Positions 49,101 to 57,888 of a stretch of DNA of 64,000 nt are shown here, one piece after another; position 1 is the stretch's first letter; each line of letters begins with the position of its first letter. Source of the stretch: a virus; IMG/VR virus record IMGVR_UViG_3300021185_002414. One strand, given 5' to 3'. Below the pieces are notes generated by a model. It was not told the origin of the DNA and did no database searches. It was given only the letters and a program-made list of their open reading frames with translations. Both the position numbers and the translations under genes were made by a program.

Positions 49101-49382
49101 TGTGCATATTCAGATAAAAGGCTAAAAAGAAATATACAAACTATTGACAATGCGTTAGATACAGTGCATAATTTAAGGGGAGTAACATTTGAAAAATCCC
49201 TGAAGCCTAGTATTGGAGTCATAGCACAAGAAGTTGAAGAAGTTTTACCTGAGCTAGTAAACACAGATGCAGATGGAATGAAAAGTGTTGCATATGGTAA
49301 CATAGTGGGTGTATTAATTGAAGCCATAAAAGAACAACAGAAACAAATAGAAGAGCTAAAAAATAAATTCAAGGATCTATAA
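46167..49382 (+). CDS. Long tail fibre with coiled-coil repeats and C-terminal S74-like chaperone
   Basis: GTG start after CATAAATA (46130-37); repeats; SDKRLKRNI...GVIAQEVEEVLPELV...VAYGNIVGVLIEAIKE. Confidence 0.85.
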   Translation: MAFKVVNKTVIDNNTDGDVNLLRVENVPVLVGDGNGNITLQNVILNIDSDSVSEGSNNLYFTDARAQAALAGDIINLQTNIGIGDTNTLAAAQAYADSILVGNLSLSGHIIPSVDSDGTTGFDLGSPSKKWRDLYLSEGSLYINNQKVIEDSAGTIIVRSNTDQSLLIKTEGTGVLTLESDSTINVSSTLQIQSGKRITDSGGNAIQFGDKVDMDNNQIINVGSPTSATDGVNKAYVDSTISTISTNAITEGDSQVEIADLGTGTVIMTVDGAQRFTLSATELMSTVPMKINSDNVATEIYADQAEADAKAYTDTREAAITTAYQTYTDTAEANAVSTSNNYTDQAEADAKAYTDTREAAITTAYESYTDQAEADAKAYTDTREAAITTAYESYTDQAEADAISTASADATSKANAAQSAAISTASSDATSKANAAQSAAISIASSDATSKANAAQATAISTASADATTKADAAQAAAATDATTKANTAESNAISAAATDATTKADAAEANAATDATTKADAAEADAISTASADATTKADTAKQDAINIAEAKDVVRAAASNLYADTAEADAKAYTDTREVAITTAYEAYADQAEVDAVSTANSYTDTAVANVIDSAPAVLDTLNELAAALGDDANFATTVSNDIGTKVSKTGDTMTGDLTLAGAPSNANHAASKAYVDSAVSGGTGALDTDDIAEAGNLYYTNARVDARIPTNISSFTNDSSYATTSQLFSGSYTDLSNKPTIPTNNNQLTNGASYATTSQLFSGSYDDLTNKPTIPTNNNQLTNGASYATTSQLFSGSYDDLSDKPTIPTNNNQLTNGAGYITSFTDTNTTYTAGTGLNLVGTTFNNTAPDQTVSLTGSGATSISGTYPNFTISSTDTNTNTTYSTATSSTLGLVKIGYSENGKNYPVELSSGKMYVNVPWVDTNTDTNTTYSDGNGIGLSSTTFSVSAGNGLTQEADGLKMSGSYTGTFTASGDICAYSDKRLKRNIQTIDNALDTVHNLRGVTFEKSLKPSIGVIAQEVEEVLPELVNTDADGMKSVAYGNIVGVLIEAIKEQQKQIEELKNKFKDL
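47065..47800 (+). repeat. Coding tandem repeats of 78 bp (26 aa) and 57 bp (19 aa)
   Basis: YTDQAEADAKAYTDTREAAITTAYES and AISTASxDATSKANAAQSA units. Confidence 0.85.
48300..48640 (+). repeat. Coding tandem repeat, 99-bp unit, about 3.4 copies
   Basis: Units start at 48300, 48399, 48498, 48597: PTNNNQLTNGASYATTSQLFSGSYDDLTNKPTI. Confidence 0.92.
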
Positions 49383-49514
49383 ATTTTTTTACATAAACAA
49401 TGTAACAATAGAAAACGTATAACTTAACTTTTAACTTATGTTAATAAATAGTATGGAGTAAACAGGTGTTTGCTTTTTAACGTTAAATAACAAATCACTT
49501 CAAGGAGAATATTA

Positions 49515-49739
49515 ATGGCATTACCAGCAACCGGCGCATATATCACAATGGGAGAAGTTCGTAACTATTTTGGTCTAAGCGGGTCAATTTGCATGTCTAC
49601 ATTAGGAAATTTTATTTCACCATCAGTAACATCAAATATTAAGCTATCGGACACTTTCGGCGGATGGCAGAATCCAAACCAATATGGTACAGATTCTGGA
49701 GTACATCCAGATAACGACGAATATACAAGTCCTCCATAG
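49515..49739 (+). CDS. Small fibre-tip/accessory protein
   Basis: MALPATGAYITMGEVRNYFG; AAGGAG RBS; AATAAATA motif at 49443-50. Confidence 0.65.
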   Translation: MALPATGAYITMGEVRNYFGLSGSICMSTLGNFISPSVTSNIKLSDTFGGWQNPNQYGTDSGVHPDNDEYTSPP

Positions 49740-49777
49740 GATAAGTAATTATTATAGAGACAATGTTAAGAATCATC

Positions 49778-49805
49778 TTGACATTGTCTCATTTTCTTAT
49801 ATAAT
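49778..49805 (+). promoter_or_regulatory. sigma70-type promoter overlapped by an inverted repeat
   Basis: TTGACA-16 nt-TATAAT; inverted repeat 49757-66/49781-90. Confidence 0.6.
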
Positions 49806-49850
49806 CATCTTATATAATCAACACAATGTAAACTCACACAGGAGATAACT

Positions 49851-50267
49851 ATGAGCATTAGAACAAGATTTGAAATCGAAACTTTTGTGCTAGGAGCCCA
49901 CCCTACACCAGGACGCAAAGCCCAAGCACTTATGTCGGACTTACTACAAGCCCGTGCAGAACAACATCCAGATTTACCAGTACTAGAAGAAGTTTATGAA
50001 GCCTTTGCAAAGGATAATAATGTAGAAGAACTTTTAGCTAATATTGAAACTGAAGAAGAACAGTATTGGATACAACGGCTAGGACGACTAGCTGCAATTG
50101 ACATTTTAACAATTGGTAAAGTACAACCAGAACATATGGCATATATGGCATCGCTAGAAGACGAAGCATTTGCTGCCGCAGTTAAAACAGCAACAACACT
50201 TGCAAAAGAATTAAACGAATCAGTCCAACAGATTGAAGCAGAGCTAGGTGAAGATTTAGTTAGCTAA
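49851..50267 (+). CDS. Hypothetical protein
   Basis: 138-aa helical ORF with GGAG RBS. Confidence 0.75.
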   Translation: MSIRTRFEIETFVLGAHPTPGRKAQALMSDLLQARAEQHPDLPVLEEVYEAFAKDNNVEELLANIETEEEQYWIQRLGRLAAIDILTIGKVQPEHMAYMASLEDEAFAAAVKTATTLAKELNESVQQIEAELGEDLVS

Positions 50268-50918
50268 ATGGTCTCTATTCCACAGTATCAGTATAAGATT
50301 GATAAATCATCAAAGATAGCAATCTGTGTACCAGTACGAGACCAAGTTACTTCTGTTTTTACATACAGTCTCGCCATGTTAATGAAACGATGTGGCGAGA
50401 AAAATGTAAATGTAACCCTTCATTTTAATATAGGAAGCGAAGTTGCTATGCAACGTCAACAGTTGGTTGACGATATATTAGCAAGCAATCACACCCATAT
50501 TTTATGGCTAGATAGTGATATGAAATTTCCTTCTGATACTTTAGAGATATTATTAAATCATAATAAATACATTGTAGCAGGAAATTATTCTACCAGAGTT
50601 AAACCACACAGACCAGTGGCCTTTAAAGATCCAAAAAATTTAGATAAAAGAGTTTTTGGTGGAAAAGGATTAGAGGAAGTATATGCAATTGGCAGTGGCC
50701 TTATGCTTGTAAATACACAAGTATATAAAAAAATGCCACGTCCATTTTATAGTATAGAATGGAAAGAAGATTATACTAACTTAGTTGGGGAAGATATTTA
50801 TTTCTGTAATAAAGCACAAGAATGTGGTTATGAAGTATATGTGGATCATGATTTGAGTAAAAAAGTTGCACATATAGGAACGAAGGCATATACAATAAAG
50901 GACGATTGTTATGATTAA
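50268..50918 (+). CDS. Glycosyltransferase family 2-like protein
   Basis: IAICVPVRD, HILWLDSD (DxD), GEDIYFC...YEVYVDHDL...HIG. Confidence 0.8.
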   Translation: MVSIPQYQYKIDKSSKIAICVPVRDQVTSVFTYSLAMLMKRCGEKNVNVTLHFNIGSEVAMQRQQLVDDILASNHTHILWLDSDMKFPSDTLEILLNHNKYIVAGNYSTRVKPHRPVAFKDPKNLDKRVFGGKGLEEVYAIGSGLMLVNTQVYKKMPRPFYSIEWKEDYTNLVGEDIYFCNKAQECGYEVYVDHDLSKKVAHIGTKAYTIKDDCYD

Positions 50919-52002
50919 TATTTCTAAATCATTTAGAGAATTTAAAGGGCAAAATGTAGTAACGCCCTGGGATAGATTAAAAAAACATGTATTTGGTAGC
51001 TATCCTATAATTACTACAAAATCTAAAGTAAGAGATCCAGATGATCTTGCAAAATTGGCCTTACAATATCAAGGTAAAAGTAAAATGGTATGGGTAGCTG
51101 TTGATTACGTTACAATGCGACCAGATTTTCCTTGGCATTATAGACCATCAGATAGAGGACAGAATTATATTCACGAGTTTCCTAAATCTATTAAAAGAAC
51201 TAATAGATCTGTAACTTGGGGAGACTTACAATTAGTACCAACAGACGGTGTTGTATACGGAAAGTATAGAAATAAAATTACAGCTAATTATCATGATGCT
51301 GACTTTGACGTGTTTATGATTAGTTATCATGAAGAAGAAGCAGATAGAAATTTTCAACTTCTTAAACAAAGATTTCCAGATGCAAAGCATGTTAAAAATG
51401 TAGAAGGTATTGGCAACGCCCACAAGGAATGTGCAAAACAATCATCAACAGAAATGGTATATATTGTTGATGCAGATGCAGATATTATGGGAGATTTTCA
51501 CTTTGATTATGTTCCGCCAATGGCCAAACGTATTAACACAACATATGTATGGAGTGCCAGAAATCCAATAAATGGTCTAGAATATGGATATGGTGGTATT
51601 AAATTATTTCCAAGAGAACAATTGTTAGAAATGGGTCATATATTACCAGACTTTACCGCAGGCGTATCTTTTTATCAACCTGTTAGTAATGTATCAAATG
51701 TTACAAGGTTTAATAAAGATCCATATAGAACCTGGCGTAGTGCATTCCGTGAATGTGTAAAACTGTCAAGTGGAATTCAACAAAGCGAAACTCCTAAGCA
51801 AGAAACAATAGATAGACTTGAAACATGGACCACAGTTGATACTGGCGAACGTTTTGGTCGCTACTGTATTAAAGGTGCATTAGAAGGAAAAGCATATGGT
51901 GAAGAACATGCAGATGATGTTGAAGCACTAAACAAAATTAATGATTTTGAATGGTTGCGTGAACAATTTGTTGCAAGTATGAAAAAACGTATTACGCCTT
52001 AA
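50911..52002 (+). CDS. Two-domain GT-A-fold (glycosyltransferase-like) protein
   Basis: DVFMISYHE...AHKECAKQSSTEMVYIVDADA (DxD); RTWRSAFRECVKL. Confidence 0.6.
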   Translation: MINISKSFREFKGQNVVTPWDRLKKHVFGSYPIITTKSKVRDPDDLAKLALQYQGKSKMVWVAVDYVTMRPDFPWHYRPSDRGQNYIHEFPKSIKRTNRSVTWGDLQLVPTDGVVYGKYRNKITANYHDADFDVFMISYHEEEADRNFQLLKQRFPDAKHVKNVEGIGNAHKECAKQSSTEMVYIVDADADIMGDFHFDYVPPMAKRINTTYVWSARNPINGLEYGYGGIKLFPREQLLEMGHILPDFTAGVSFYQPVSNVSNVTRFNKDPYRTWRSAFRECVKLSSGIQQSETPKQETIDRLETWTTVDTGERFGRYCIKGALEGKAYGEEHADDVEALNKINDFEWLREQFVASMKKRITP

Positions 52003-52457
52003 GAAGTAATTACAATGCTATTTTGACCATCTAGGATGCTTGATTGCTCCTGGATGGTTTTTAGTTTTTTCATGAATTCTTTACTTTTACATTGCACTCT
52101 AGCACCAGGGTGTATAGGTTGTGGCCATTGGCCAATATTAACCCAACAATAACCTGCACTTTCAGAATTTAATGGAGGACAAAACTCCTTGCTAACTGTA
52201 ATTACGAAACTATTGTATTCAAATTTTCTATTTGTGGCAGTAAATTTATTCACTGGTATAATTCGTAAAATATCAGGAGTCATCATTAATTCCTCTTGTA
52301 TTTCTCTTAAAAGCGTCTCTATAGGACGTTCGTCATTTTCCCCTTTGCCACCAAAAAATCCCCAAGTATTAGGATGTGTAACCCTATTACTTCTTAATTG
52401 TAGCATAACTCTACCAGAGTCTACACTAAGAAAAATACATCCGCTTGCTCTAATCAT
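51999..52457 (-). CDS. NUDIX hydrolase
   Basis: Nudix box GGKGENDERPIETLLREIQEE; start taken at MIRASG (52457). Confidence 0.9.
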   Translation of the reverse strand: MIRASGCIFLSVDSGRVMLQLRSNRVTHPNTWGFFGGKGENDERPIETLLREIQEELMMTPDILRIIPVNKFTATNRKFEYNSFVITVSKEFCPPLNSESAGYCWVNIGQWPQPIHPGARVQCKSKEFMKKLKTIQEQSSILDGQNSIVITS

Positions 52458-52458
52458 T

Positions 52459-53814
52459 TTATAGATATAATCTCCAATAACCTGGATTGTAAACACCTTC
52501 AAAACTATTTACCCAGTCTTTACCATTCCATTCTAATTGATCTCCACTTGATGTATTTGTAACATATTGTGGTGTTGAGTTAGTATGATCAAAACTTACA
52601 ATCCAATTGGCACCATTATATTCTATAATATCATTTTTATAAGCAACCGCTTGACTCCAAGATGTGCTTTCTGGAATATCATTTAATATTAGATATCTTT
52701 GTCCTTGGGTTGGTAGAGGAACATTTCCATCTCCAGGGTAACTTGATTGCGGATTTAATACACCATTTATTGCAGTAAGGGTATTAGTTGGTAATGTTGC
52801 AGGGTCAATATCTACTAGCAATGCATTTGTATTATTTGGATCTAAATCCAATCTTCCTATTATGTCATTGTCTTTATTACCTGGATCGTTATCTTTTCTT
52901 AAACGTATTTGACTAATTCCAGGTCTTAGTGTATTGAAGTTTTCTAAATCAACTTCCCAATTTAAGTTTCCGCCATTTTCTAAATCTTGGCTTGTGCCTA
53001 ACTGGTTTAATAGATATGCCTTATTATTTTCAAATTTAAGTTTTCTGTCTTCATATGTTACTATTGTATATTCTAATGTTGTTTTGTCAAATAGTTGTTT
53101 TGATTCGAATAGATCCAAATTCTCATCATCTAAGTTATATAGTTCGCTTATTATAGTGTGAATAAGTTTCTGTTGTTTTAATTTTGCTGGCGGATTAATA
53201 AAGATTGGTAATGCAAAAGTTATATTACTTACATCTATAATATCATCAATACTTGATCCAACTGCTCTACTGCTCCAAGTAGTATTTGTCATTTCTACAT
53301 GGCTCAATGCGCTCCAATCTACTGGATTGCTTGATGTCCTAACATCAAGCGTAGGATTGAATAGTACTAGTATCTGCTCTAATAGTTGTAATTTTTGATC
53401 TGTATTTGATGTCCAAATATCACAGCTCATTGTAAGATTATACGGAACTGGTGCATGTCTCTCTACAGTATATCTATTGCCTACATCGTCTAACGTCTCG
53501 CCAGTAGTTTCATCTATCTTTTTTTCAAATACATTTATTTTATCTACGTGATCTTGATAAGTTCTACGCTCAGGCAACATACTTAAATCTGTAACATAGC
53601 AACTAATAAAAGGAACACTATTTACAACGTTCTCAGAATTTTCTCTTGTAATATGTGCAGCCATACGGTTAATATCACCATATCGCACAGGTACTTTTTG
53701 GAATACAGGAAGTCCTGTATCATCTGTACCCATCTGTACATTGAATCCACTAAACAGTCTTATAAACTGTTGAATATATCTTCTTATTTGTTTGTCATAA
53801 AAATATTGGGTCAT
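52459..53814 (-). CDS. gp15: Tail completion/sheath stabilizer, gp15-like
   Basis: YFYDKQIRRYIQQFIRLFS, VPVRYGD, PVPYNL...IWTSNTDQKLQLLEQILVLFNP. Confidence 0.8.
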   Translation of the reverse strand: MTQYFYDKQIRRYIQQFIRLFSGFNVQMGTDDTGLPVFQKVPVRYGDINRMAAHITRENSENVVNSVPFISCYVTDLSMLPERRTYQDHVDKINVFEKKIDETTGETLDDVGNRYTVERHAPVPYNLTMSCDIWTSNTDQKLQLLEQILVLFNPTLDVRTSSNPVDWSALSHVEMTNTTWSSRAVGSSIDDIIDVSNITFALPIFINPPAKLKQQKLIHTIISELYNLDDENLDLFESKQLFDKTTLEYTIVTYEDRKLKFENNKAYLLNQLGTSQDLENGGNLNWEVDLENFNTLRPGISQIRLRKDNDPGNKDNDIIGRLDLDPNNTNALLVDIDPATLPTNTLTAINGVLNPQSSYPGDGNVPLPTQGQRYLILNDIPESTSWSQAVAYKNDIIEYNGANWIVSFDHTNSTPQYVTNTSSGDQLEWNGKDWVNSFEGVYNPGYWRLYL

Positions 53815-54896
53815 TCAAAATCGCTTCCTGGACTAATTGTATCTGATTTGCTAGTGCCAATTTTTGACAGTGCTTGTCGTTCAGCAAATTCTTTATTATC
53901 AACAACTGTAGTATTTTCATTATTAATAAAGCTACTCGCATTATATGTTCTATCACTCCAAGTATCTGTCTTGACATTATCATAAAGTCTATGCCAACGG
54001 CTTCCACGGAAAACAAATAGTCTATTTGGATTAAAGTCTGTCCTTACAAAATAATCACCATCATTTGGAGTAATTGGAAACTGATCACCTTGTTCCAATG
54101 TTTCTCCATGGTCATAATTATTTTCTGGCTCTTCAGATCCAAATAAATGTTCAGCTAATGGTAACCCAATAGGGTTAGCTTCTTCTGCACTTTCAACAAT
54201 AGCATTACTAATATTAAGTTCTGTTTTATATGCACTAATTTTATTTTTAAGACTATCTGCATCTTCAGCAGTACCAAGTATATCTGCGTATTCCTGTGTA
54301 TCTGTTAGTGGTGCAACCTTTACTCTCCAGATATGACTATACCAAGTTTGTGAAAAACCTTCACTTCCTCTGCTTGCATCTTGAACTACATAAAATTTAT
54401 TAATTGCTTCTTTATCTGCACTTAATAATAGCTCGTCTCTAAGATGGGGAAGTTCTAAAACATCGCCTGGCATTAGTTTTCTGCCTAACTTTTCTACCAT
54501 ATCGTTTGTATGGAATGTTATAAACAGTGTATCGTTTGTAAGGAATAATCCAAATTGTGTTAAGTCAAAGTCATTATCACCAACATTATATACTCCACGC
54601 AATTCAAAAACATCTGGATCATATTTACGATCCCTGTTTTCCATGAATAGCAGGTCTTGTATATTTGTTTCGTCTATAAGTCCCTCTGGATTGTTTTCTT
54701 GTCCTGTGATATTGTCAAGATCCAATCCGCTACCATAATTAGGCTCACTTGGGTCTCCTCCTTCACTAGGTCTAGGACCTAAGTATTTGTGAATATGAAC
54801 ACCTACGCCACCAATGTCAAATTGCTCGCGGATTGTTCTATCCATAAATTTAAAGTCATTACCTTTGAAAGGTTTATAAAGAGAGAGTCTGGGCAT
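53811..54896 (-). CDS. Neck/head-closure protein, gp14-like
   Basis: FDLTQFGLFLTNDTLFITFH...PGDVLELPHL; adjacent to gp15; TATAAATA on the minus strand at 54917-24. Confidence 0.7.
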   Translation of the reverse strand: MPRLSLYKPFKGNDFKFMDRTIREQFDIGGVGVHIHKYLGPRPSEGGDPSEPNYGSGLDLDNITGQENNPEGLIDETNIQDLLFMENRDRKYDPDVFELRGVYNVGDNDFDLTQFGLFLTNDTLFITFHTNDMVEKLGRKLMPGDVLELPHLRDELLLSADKEAINKFYVVQDASRGSEGFSQTWYSHIWRVKVAPLTDTQEYADILGTAEDADSLKNKISAYKTELNISNAIVESAEEANPIGLPLAEHLFGSEEPENNYDHGETLEQGDQFPITPNDGDYFVRTDFNPNRLFVFRGSRWHRLYDNVKTDTWSDRTYNASSFINNENTTVVDNKEFAERQALSKIGTSKSDTISPGSDFE

Positions 54897-54988
54897 ACTT
54901 TTTATCCTATATAGTGTATTTATACGACACAGTACATGTTTTCATTGGATAAGTAATTATATACATACTTAATAGAAAAGGAAATATT

Positions 54989-55957
54989 ATGTTTAGATTT
55001 TTTAAGAACCGAGATTGGTGGTTATGGAGTTGGCTAGGGTCAGCTCTCATTTTAGGATCACTATGGGTTCAAGTTGAAATTGATGTAAAAATCAATGAAT
55101 GGTTTGGCCAGTTTTATGATATGATTCAAAAAGCATTAGCCTCACCTAATGCAATTACTATGACTGAATATTGGAGTAGTTTAATTGACTTTATTTACTT
55201 GGCAAGTATCTATGTTGCTATTGCAGTAGTAGTAAGTTACTTTACTGCTCATTACCTATTCCGTTGGAGAACAGCAATGGTAGAATGGTATCATAGTGTA
55301 TATGACAAAGCACGTACAATAGAAGGTGCAGCGCAACGTGTACAAGAAGACACCATCAAATTTAGTAGAATTATGGAAGGTCTAGGAACTAGTTTTATAG
55401 AAGCTATTATGATACTTGTACAGTTTGTTCCAATTCTACTAGGACTTAGTACAGGACTTACAATTTTCTTTTTTGGGGATTGGCAATATGGTCTTGTTAC
55501 AGGTGCTCTTGTGTGGAGTATTGGTGGAACATTATTTTTAGTTGGACTAGGTTGGCTTCTTAGATTAGTAGGTGTTGAATATGACTTACAGAAAAAAGAA
55601 GCAGCATATCGTAAGATACTTGTTATTGCAGAAGACGATAATACTATACGTCCTAAATCTATTGATGAATTATTTTTAGATGTACGTAGTATACATTTTA
55701 AAAGTTATATTCGTTATCTATACTTTAATATCGGACGTATTGCATATTTACAAGCAAATGTGTTAAGTGCTTATGTATTCTTAGCACCAGCAATTGTAAC
55801 AGGTGCAATTACACTAGGTGTAATGCAACAGATTATTAGAGCATTTGGTAGAGTTGAAGGTTCAATGCAATATATACTTAAAGCATGGCCTACTATTATT
55901 GAACTAGCAAGTGTATATAAACGTCTACGAGAGTTTGAGCGTCAGATAGAAAAATAA
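54989..55957 (+). CDS. sbmA: SbmA/BacA-family inner-membrane peptide transporter
   Basis: IEGAAQRVQEDTIKF...GTSFIEAIMILVQFVPIL and EAAYRK...AED closely follow the SbmA/BacA pattern; no fused ATPase. Confidence 0.85.
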   Translation: MFRFFKNRDWWLWSWLGSALILGSLWVQVEIDVKINEWFGQFYDMIQKALASPNAITMTEYWSSLIDFIYLASIYVAIAVVVSYFTAHYLFRWRTAMVEWYHSVYDKARTIEGAAQRVQEDTIKFSRIMEGLGTSFIEAIMILVQFVPILLGLSTGLTIFFFGDWQYGLVTGALVWSIGGTLFLVGLGWLLRLVGVEYDLQKKEAAYRKILVIAEDDNTIRPKSIDELFLDVRSIHFKSYIRYLYFNIGRIAYLQANVLSAYVFLAPAIVTGAITLGVMQQIIRAFGRVEGSMQYILKAWPTIIELASVYKRLREFERQIEK

Positions 55958-56781
55958 TGAAAATAGCATTTTTATTTTGTGGCGAAACTAGAACTTGGGA
56001 TTCGTCTAATGTTGAAAAAAATCAATATATTCCACACAATTACAGTACAGTAAGTGATGTATGGCAAAACACTGTGGAATTTATTGACAATAACCTTATT
56101 GATTTTAATGTAGATTTTTATGGTATTACTTGGAAACATTGTTCACCTATAAAAAACAGAGAGTTTTTTAAATCTATAAAACTTGTAGACTTTTACGGTA
56201 ATAGATTTCGTAGTGAATTACAATATAAAACAGCTAATATTATATCTAATAACAAAAGACTTAACGATAAAGATTATCCGTGGAATACAATAGCACAATA
56301 CTACCATTGGATAGAAGGCTTGAAGTTTGTTTATAAAAATAATGATTATGATTTTGTGGTTAAAATGAGATGGGATATTATCCCACATCATCCACAACTT
56401 ATTCTTAATATATTAAATGATTTAAATAATTATCAAGGCACAGATCCAGATTTATGTGTGTTAGCTGCACAAGACTTAAAAATTACAAATGGTGTTCCAG
56501 AATTTATGGATATAGTATTTGGAGTTAATAGGGCCTTGTACGAGAAACGTTTTAAAAAAAGTACAACTGATGAAATACTTTATAAACACGTATTGAGTGA
56601 GCCCCCTGAGGGTTTAGGAAATATAAGTTTATTCATAGATGATAGTATATCTAATAGTAAAATACATTCACTATTTGATACCAATTGTATACATAGGGTT
56701 TTACATAAAGGGTTTAAATACTTTGAAGATTTAGACGATCAGGCAAAAAATTATAGTATTACAAAACGCCCTCCAACATAA
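55957..56781 (+). CDS. Hypothetical protein, possible glycosyltransferase fold
   Basis: MKIAFLFCGETR start and YDFVVKMRWD resemble GT-like proteins of large viruses. Confidence 0.5.
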   Translation: MKIAFLFCGETRTWDSSNVEKNQYIPHNYSTVSDVWQNTVEFIDNNLIDFNVDFYGITWKHCSPIKNREFFKSIKLVDFYGNRFRSELQYKTANIISNNKRLNDKDYPWNTIAQYYHWIEGLKFVYKNNDYDFVVKMRWDIIPHHPQLILNILNDLNNYQGTDPDLCVLAAQDLKITNGVPEFMDIVFGVNRALYEKRFKKSTTDEILYKHVLSEPPEGLGNISLFIDDSISNSKIHSLFDTNCIHRVLHKGFKYFEDLDDQAKNYSITKRPPT

Positions 56782-56830
56782 AAAAATTATAACCCATTGA
56801 AAACGCAGGAAACCTTTCTTGCGTTTTTTC

Positions 56831-56859
56831 TTGACAACCAATACCTTTTGCTTTATATT
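56831..56859 (+). promoter_or_regulatory. sigma70-type early promoter
   Basis: TTGACA-17 nt-TATATT. Confidence 0.8.
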
Positions 56860-56889
56860 ATAAGAGTAAGTTAAAAAACAGGAGAAAAT

Positions 56890-57333
56890 ATGTTTGATAC
56901 AGCCGTAAAATTTGAAGATGTTAGTGCAGAAACAATTGCAATGGAAGATGTGCAGTTTGAAGATATTGACACTGACACGTTATGCATTGAACATTTTGAA
57001 GATTTACGTCAAGAACTAAATGTTGACAGCGTTTGGAGCATCTGGGACGCAGGTACAATTGGCCTAGATACTAAAATGTTTCATGATCGTATGCGAAAAG
57101 TTACTTATGAGTTTGTACGTGCTGATGCAACAAATGAAGAACTTATGTTGGACATGGCTGACGGTGGCAAACGTGCAAGTGCGCAAGTTAGTTCGTGGGC
57201 AATAAACGGATCAATTAAGTCATTATGGTTGGCCGCTGATAGTTGTATTAATCAAAGCGGAACACATCATTCTTATATTGAGAACTTTGAAATGCAAGAC
57301 GATGGTTCTCTTTCGCTAGTAACAGGATCTTAA
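56890..57333 (+). CDS. Hypothetical early protein
   Basis: 147-aa acidic ORF with GGAG RBS. Confidence 0.75.
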   Translation: MFDTAVKFEDVSAETIAMEDVQFEDIDTDTLCIEHFEDLRQELNVDSVWSIWDAGTIGLDTKMFHDRMRKVTYEFVRADATNEELMLDMADGGKRASAQVSSWAINGSIKSLWLAADSCINQSGTHHSYIENFEMQDDGSLSLVTGS

Positions 57334-57335
57334 TT

Positions 57336-57548
57336 ATGGAAGTAGGTATTTTAAATAAAACAGTACAAAATATTGCGGTAGTTGTATGTAGTTTTGTAAT
57401 ACTTGGTATGGTTGCGTTCAGCTTTCATACAATTATTAATATGCCACATGTTAATTGGGACATACAAGGAAATTGTATAGAAGTTTTTAGTCCTGACCCA
57501 ACACATAGTTGTCAAAACCTTCCACGCAAATACACCAGCAACGGATAA
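57336..57548 (+). CDS. Small membrane-anchored hypothetical protein
   Basis: One hydrophobic helix followed by two Cys. Confidence 0.6.
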   Translation: MEVGILNKTVQNIAVVVCSFVILGMVAFSFHTIINMPHVNWDIQGNCIEVFSPDPTHSCQNLPRKYTSNG

Positions 57549-57552
57549 TATT

Positions 57553-57837
57553 GTGATATTAGATCAATATGCGGCTGAACTGTTTGCCAAAAATCAAAAC
57601 ATGATGGTTCCATATTATCTTATGGCATCATATGCATATTATAAAGAAGATGACCCAATTTTTAGTGATTCCTTTTTTGATGAAATGGGCAAGACTATGA
57701 TACAAATTTGGGATGATATAGAACATTTTCATAAGCATCTTATAAGTAAGGACGACCTAGTTGCAGGTTCATATTTGGGAGATTACCCAGAGCGTGTAAA
57801 GGGTGGGTTGGAAAGTTTAAGAAAAGAAAAGGCTTGA
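57553..57837 (+). CDS. Stand-alone NAD-dependent DNA ligase domain Ia-like protein
   Basis: SYAYYKEDDPIFSDSFFD matches the LigA domain Ia YY..D.P..SD..YD motif; no KxDG adenylation motif; GTG start. Confidence 0.65.
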   Translation: MILDQYAAELFAKNQNMMVPYYLMASYAYYKEDDPIFSDSFFDEMGKTMIQIWDDIEHFHKHLISKDDLVAGSYLGDYPERVKGGLESLRKEKA

Positions 57838-57862
57838 CATACTGTATTTTAGGTAATAGTAT
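57834..57862 (+). promoter_or_regulatory. sigma70-type early promoter
   Basis: TTGACA-17 nt-TAGTAT. Confidence 0.7.
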
Positions 57863-57888
57863 GGCAATATAACAGATAGGAGTTAGTT

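Noticed and set aside
15282-52502. Upstream starts from the ORF track (16202, 30366, 37542, 52502, 23579)
   Set aside because: Downstream ATGs have proper SD sequences or better spacing (16118, 30396, 37560, 52457, 23624) and avoid overlap with promoters or neighbouring genes.
57553-57837. Pseudogene of a full NAD-dependent ligase
   Set aside because: No downstream ligase remnants noticed; the next gene has its own promoter and an unrelated sequence.
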